Source of the DNA: a virus
Taxonomy: Duplodnaviria; Caudoviricetes
Direction: 5' to 3' (one strand)
Length of the DNA stretch: 64,000 bases
Virus record (IMG/VR): IMGVR_UViG_3300048598_000287
Location: 160,001-224,000 of that record
Shown: positions 60,550-64,000 of the stretch, piece by piece
Layout of the letters: every line of letters begins with the position of its first letter
How positions within the stretch are numbered: position 1 is the first letter of the stretch
Made by a program: the position numbers and the translations under genes
The notes under the pieces: model-generated
Told to the model about the DNA's origin: nothing
What the model saw: only the letters and a program-made list of their open reading frames with translations
The model's database searches: none

Positions 60550-63437
60550 AATCCGAACACTTCCCGCCTCGCTTTAGTTTTGCGAAGTTTTTGCTTATCT
60601 TCCGACATCCTGGACTTTAGTTCTTCATCTTCCTTCTTGCGGGCCTTTGCCTCGATGGATTTTATCGACGGAGAACTGTTTCCATATAGGTTGATTCGCA
60701 AAGATGCTTCGGTTATCGATATTTTTTCCATTGCCGATTGTATGTTATCGGAATCCATGGAATTTGACAGCTTTGACGATATTATAGGAATAAGTTCCGA
60801 TGATATGGAAGAATCAAGAAGATCTATCCTTGACTTGACCATTGTTAGCAAGGATTTCAGATGAGTAGCGTAGTTGAACGTTATTCCTGAATTGATTGAT
60901 ATGTATTTTTTAATGTCGCCAATTTCAGACGCAGATATTATGCCATCCTCATCTGTTCCATTAGAATGCTTGATGAGATATATGGACCTAGCAAGAATAT
61001 CATACATCATGGCGTTGAATAAATATTCTTTTTCGCATGGGGATCCTCCATATGTATATCTTTTCCCGGTAAGGGTCATTTGTCCACTGGATATTAGGAT
61101 CAGTGTCTGAGCGGTAGGATATGTGTATGACTGTTCGAATGCTGGCGGGATGTCATCTGAATTCCGTATGGCATCATTATAAAGTCTTATTATGGATTCT
61201 ACCAAGGTTCCTATTGAAAGCACATGCTGCTTATGTTCGTCCTTTGCGTCTTCCGTTTCTGGAAGAGTCCTTGCAGAGAAAATCTTTTCAACTATTCGTA
61301 TTGTATCATTATCTTTTCCCAGTTCGGCATAGATGGATTGCTTTGTTTCTGCATTCATCTTTCCTGCCGCTTTTAATGTCTCCTGTATTTCATCGCATTT
61401 GTTATCGATGACCGTGTTATATTTTAACGATATGGATGAATAAAAGCCCTGCTGTGATACATTCCATTGATTCAGATGGCTATTTGAGCTGAGCGTTTGC
61501 TGTATGACGGACTTATAATTGGCGAGATCTTTCTTGGATATCTGGGTCGAGTTTATCGGAGATATGTTTTCTCCGATTCCCGAATTTATGACATCGATGA
61601 CTTCATTGAGAGTGCCGATTTTTTTAATACCATCCATGAACGGCGCCGCTGCGGCTTGCAAGGTTTTCAATAGAATGTCTTTTCCTTCCGCCAATGAAGG
61701 CTTATCTGGATACTGGATGTCTTCTTCTGAAAATGACCCTAGTTCACGCTGAGACATATGTCTCCAGGTATCATTCGTATTCATCGCATATCCACAATTA
61801 CGCATTGCGGTGGATATCGATTCATTATATCCTGACGGTATGGGCTTTCGTTTAATTGAATCAATTTTTTCCGGCGCATCGGACGATATGGATGCCTTTC
61901 TTTCATCTTCGTCTAGCATTTCATTGTTTTCAAGAAATTCTATTGTTACACTTAAATCGCTGTCTCCTGAATATGATGCTATTGGGATATATTCTCCATC
62001 TTCTGCAATTCTGATGATTTTCTCAACTACGCCGTCAAATCCGGACAGGTCATATGATATTCCGTTTCTTAATATTTTCGGATTGAACGATGATCCGCGA
62101 CGTAGATTTGCAACATCAAGTTTAGCCACTCTTGCCATGGCATATAGGGTTTTAGCAAAATTTGTCATTTCGGTTTCATTTCCGAATTCCACTGTTTTGT
62201 TATTTTGTAACTCATTTGAATAACCGTCAATGATCTGTTGTATTTCCACTTTTTTCTGGCATATGGGGGCATTACATTTTCCTGCAGGTTCTCCGGAAAG
62301 GATATTTTCCAGAGCGGATACATTCTCCGGCCCGGCAGACACGATTTGCCCTATTAGGGACATTATGACCGGAACAGCCATATGTTCGGAATCTTCCTTT
62401 CCTATGGAATCGTCTATATGACCATTTGTCACTGTTTCAAGCATCTTTCCTATGGCCATCTGCGGATTATTCGTTGGAGTAAGAGTTTCCGGCTGTGCAG
62501 TTATGTCAGTGTTGTCTGAATTACTAGATTCTGGACCGTAGGTCAATGAATTAAATACGGAAGATGACTCGCCATCATCATTTGTATGGGCCATCCCGGA
62601 TTCGGTATTATTGAATTCGTTCTTGCTGACGAACATCACGAAATAATTCTTGAACGCATCATACTGATCCTTTTCAAGGAGTATTTTTTTTCTCTGCCCG
62701 TCCATTATTTTTGGCGATGGCAATCCAAGAGGGGACATTATATTGTACATTACCTGCATGAACAGTTCTAGATTAGATTTTCCGCTGAATTGCTTATCTT
62801 CTTTTGCCAGGACAAGCTCTATGACTGGTATGGTAGTTCCATTTTCTCCACTACCGTTAGGGTTCATCTTGAATGTTCCGTCAAATCGGCTGTCTGCAAA
62901 GTTTTTAAGCGTATCCACTATGCTTCTTGCAGTTTTAATCGCGGTGCGGGTCTTGTCAATAGAAGCATATTTATATTTTTCGTCGAATGCAGCGAATTCA
63001 GATGATGCGAACACTGATTTTGTATATATAGAAACGAAATATCCAGCTAGTTCACCGCCTGTAGAAAGCGCATCTTGGACGAATGCTCTCGGTTGGAATG
63101 CTTTTATTGCATTGGCTATTTTTTTACCTTCATATAGACGGATCATTGATTTTGGCGTTTCTGGAAGAAATTTGAATGATGAATCCGATTTGCTAGGATC
63201 CGTTAGGGATGGAATTATAGCATTCAACGAAAGCCGTTTCTTTATCTCTCCTATGCTGGCAGATGATGTTTTCTTATCGGTGTTTCCAACCATGGCGTTG
63301 ATTATTTCGTCGGTGAGAAGATCGACGGTTTCCGGGGTATAGAGCTCGTTAAGATATCCATTATGCAGTTCCTTTCCCGGAATCGTGGTTCTTATATAAT
63401 ATATCAATGCATATAGTTTTTGAAGAGTATTGAACAT
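60546..63437 (-). CDS. Large hypothetical late protein
   Basis: 963 aa; late promoter 63464-63472. Confidence 0.75.
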   Translation of the reverse strand: MFNTLQKLYALIYYIRTTIPGKELHNGYLNELYTPETVDLLTDEIINAMVGNTDKKTSSASIGEIKKRLSLNAIIPSLTDPSKSDSSFKFLPETPKSMIRLYEGKKIANAIKAFQPRAFVQDALSTGGELAGYFVSIYTKSVFASSEFAAFDEKYKYASIDKTRTAIKTARSIVDTLKNFADSRFDGTFKMNPNGSGENGTTIPVIELVLAKEDKQFSGKSNLELFMQVMYNIMSPLGLPSPKIMDGQRKKILLEKDQYDAFKNYFVMFVSKNEFNNTESGMAHTNDDGESSSVFNSLTYGPESSNSDNTDITAQPETLTPTNNPQMAIGKMLETVTNGHIDDSIGKEDSEHMAVPVIMSLIGQIVSAGPENVSALENILSGEPAGKCNAPICQKKVEIQQIIDGYSNELQNNKTVEFGNETEMTNFAKTLYAMARVAKLDVANLRRGSSFNPKILRNGISYDLSGFDGVVEKIIRIAEDGEYIPIASYSGDSDLSVTIEFLENNEMLDEDERKASISSDAPEKIDSIKRKPIPSGYNESISTAMRNCGYAMNTNDTWRHMSQRELGSFSEEDIQYPDKPSLAEGKDILLKTLQAAAAPFMDGIKKIGTLNEVIDVINSGIGENISPINSTQISKKDLANYKSVIQQTLSSNSHLNQWNVSQQGFYSSISLKYNTVIDNKCDEIQETLKAAGKMNAETKQSIYAELGKDNDTIRIVEKIFSARTLPETEDAKDEHKQHVLSIGTLVESIIRLYNDAIRNSDDIPPAFEQSYTYPTAQTLILISSGQMTLTGKRYTYGGSPCEKEYLFNAMMYDILARSIYLIKHSNGTDEDGIISASEIGDIKKYISINSGITFNYATHLKSLLTMVKSRIDLLDSSISSELIPIISSKLSNSMDSDNIQSAMEKISITEASLRINLYGNSSPSIKSIEAKARKKEDEELKSRMSEDKQKLRKTKARREVFGF

Positions 63438-63542
63438 CCGAAATCTCGGCTTAACGTCGAAGATAGTTTATATATGCGGCGTGCCGGAATTGCTTCAGAA
63501 TAATGTATATTCCAATATAGCGGAACATGCGGGAAAATACTT

Positions 63543-64000
63543 ATGTCATATGAAGTAGAAACATATAAATACGATACACGCCGGCTGATGGTTGTCGATT
63601 GGTCGAGCGTTGCATACCAGAACATTTTTTCCATAGGATCCGGAAGAAATGCGGGAAAATATGGGGTGCTTACTCAGGAAGATGAACTTCGCCTATGGCG
63701 AAACAAGATGGTAGTTTCTATGTATGAATTCATCCAGGCGTTTAATCCACTGAATATAATAATAGCGGTAGATGGAGAATCTTGGAGAAAATCGTATGTA
63801 AAGCAATATTATAATGACAATGCCATTGTATATTACGATGATCATGCGATGTATACTGAAGCTGATAATTATGGCTATAAGATAATGAAATGCGGTGAAA
63901 CATATATAGTTGAACGTGTTGAAACCAAGAAGTTTTCAATATTCAGGAATCTTAAGCATTGCTTTCTTGGGCAGCTTCCTGCTGACAAAAATGCGCTTAT
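63543..64000 (+). CDS. rnh: RNase H / 5'-3' exonuclease (T4 rnh-like), partial
   Basis: Manual translation MSYEVETYKYDTRRLMVVDWSSVAY...IIIAVDGESWRK; runs off the right edge. Confidence 0.75.
   Translation, partial: MSYEVETYKYDTRRLMVVDWSSVAYQNIFSIGSGRNAGKYGVLTQEDELRLWRNKMVVSMYEFIQAFNPLNIIIAVDGESWRKSYVKQYYNDNAIVYYDDHAMYTEADNYGYKIMKCGETYIVERVETKKFSIFRNLKHCFLGQLPADKNAL

Noticed and set aside
1-64000. tRNA/rRNA genes and a firm host assignment
   Set aside because: No cloverleaf or rRNA signature was recognised. The foreign DNA and promoter style hint at a Fibrobacterota-like anaerobe, but this cannot be supported without a search

Overview
This is a 64-kb segment of a large T4-like (Tevenvirinae-like or jumbo myovirus) phage genome in the standard genetic code. 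Recognisable core genes are the portal (gp20-like), major capsid protein (gp23-like), gp15-like tail terminator, a 1816-aa baseplate protein ending in a gp25 domain, the gp55 late sigma factor, gp46/SbcC, Dda and UvsW helicases and an RNase H-like exonuclease. A 9-bp late promoter (TATAAACTA) precedes nearly all structural modules. Two systems stand out. (1) At least 7 and probably 9 unrelated proteins (lytic transglycosylase, peptidoglycan-binding protein, HExxH peptidase, Nudix hydrolase, low-complexity proteins) share a ~30-aa N-terminal leader ending in hydrophobic-x-E, which looks like a capsid-targeting, protease-cleaved packaging tag. (2) Two islands of captured bacterial defence DNA (about 45571-50826 and 54187-56877) each begin inside the 5' part of the same TnpB-like element and keep only protective modules: a ClaI/BseCI-like methyltransferase whose REase is truncated, an AbiEi antitoxin whose AbiEii toxin is truncated, and a Type ISP MTase-TRD without nuclease or helicase, fused in frame to the TnpB start under a late promoter. 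Also present are a perfect parS palindrome, IS200/605-like end remnants at late promoters, attC-like repeats, a TV-Pol-like polymerase, an MFS transporter and several apparent pseudo-enzymes. All family calls come from motif recognition by eye; no searches were run.
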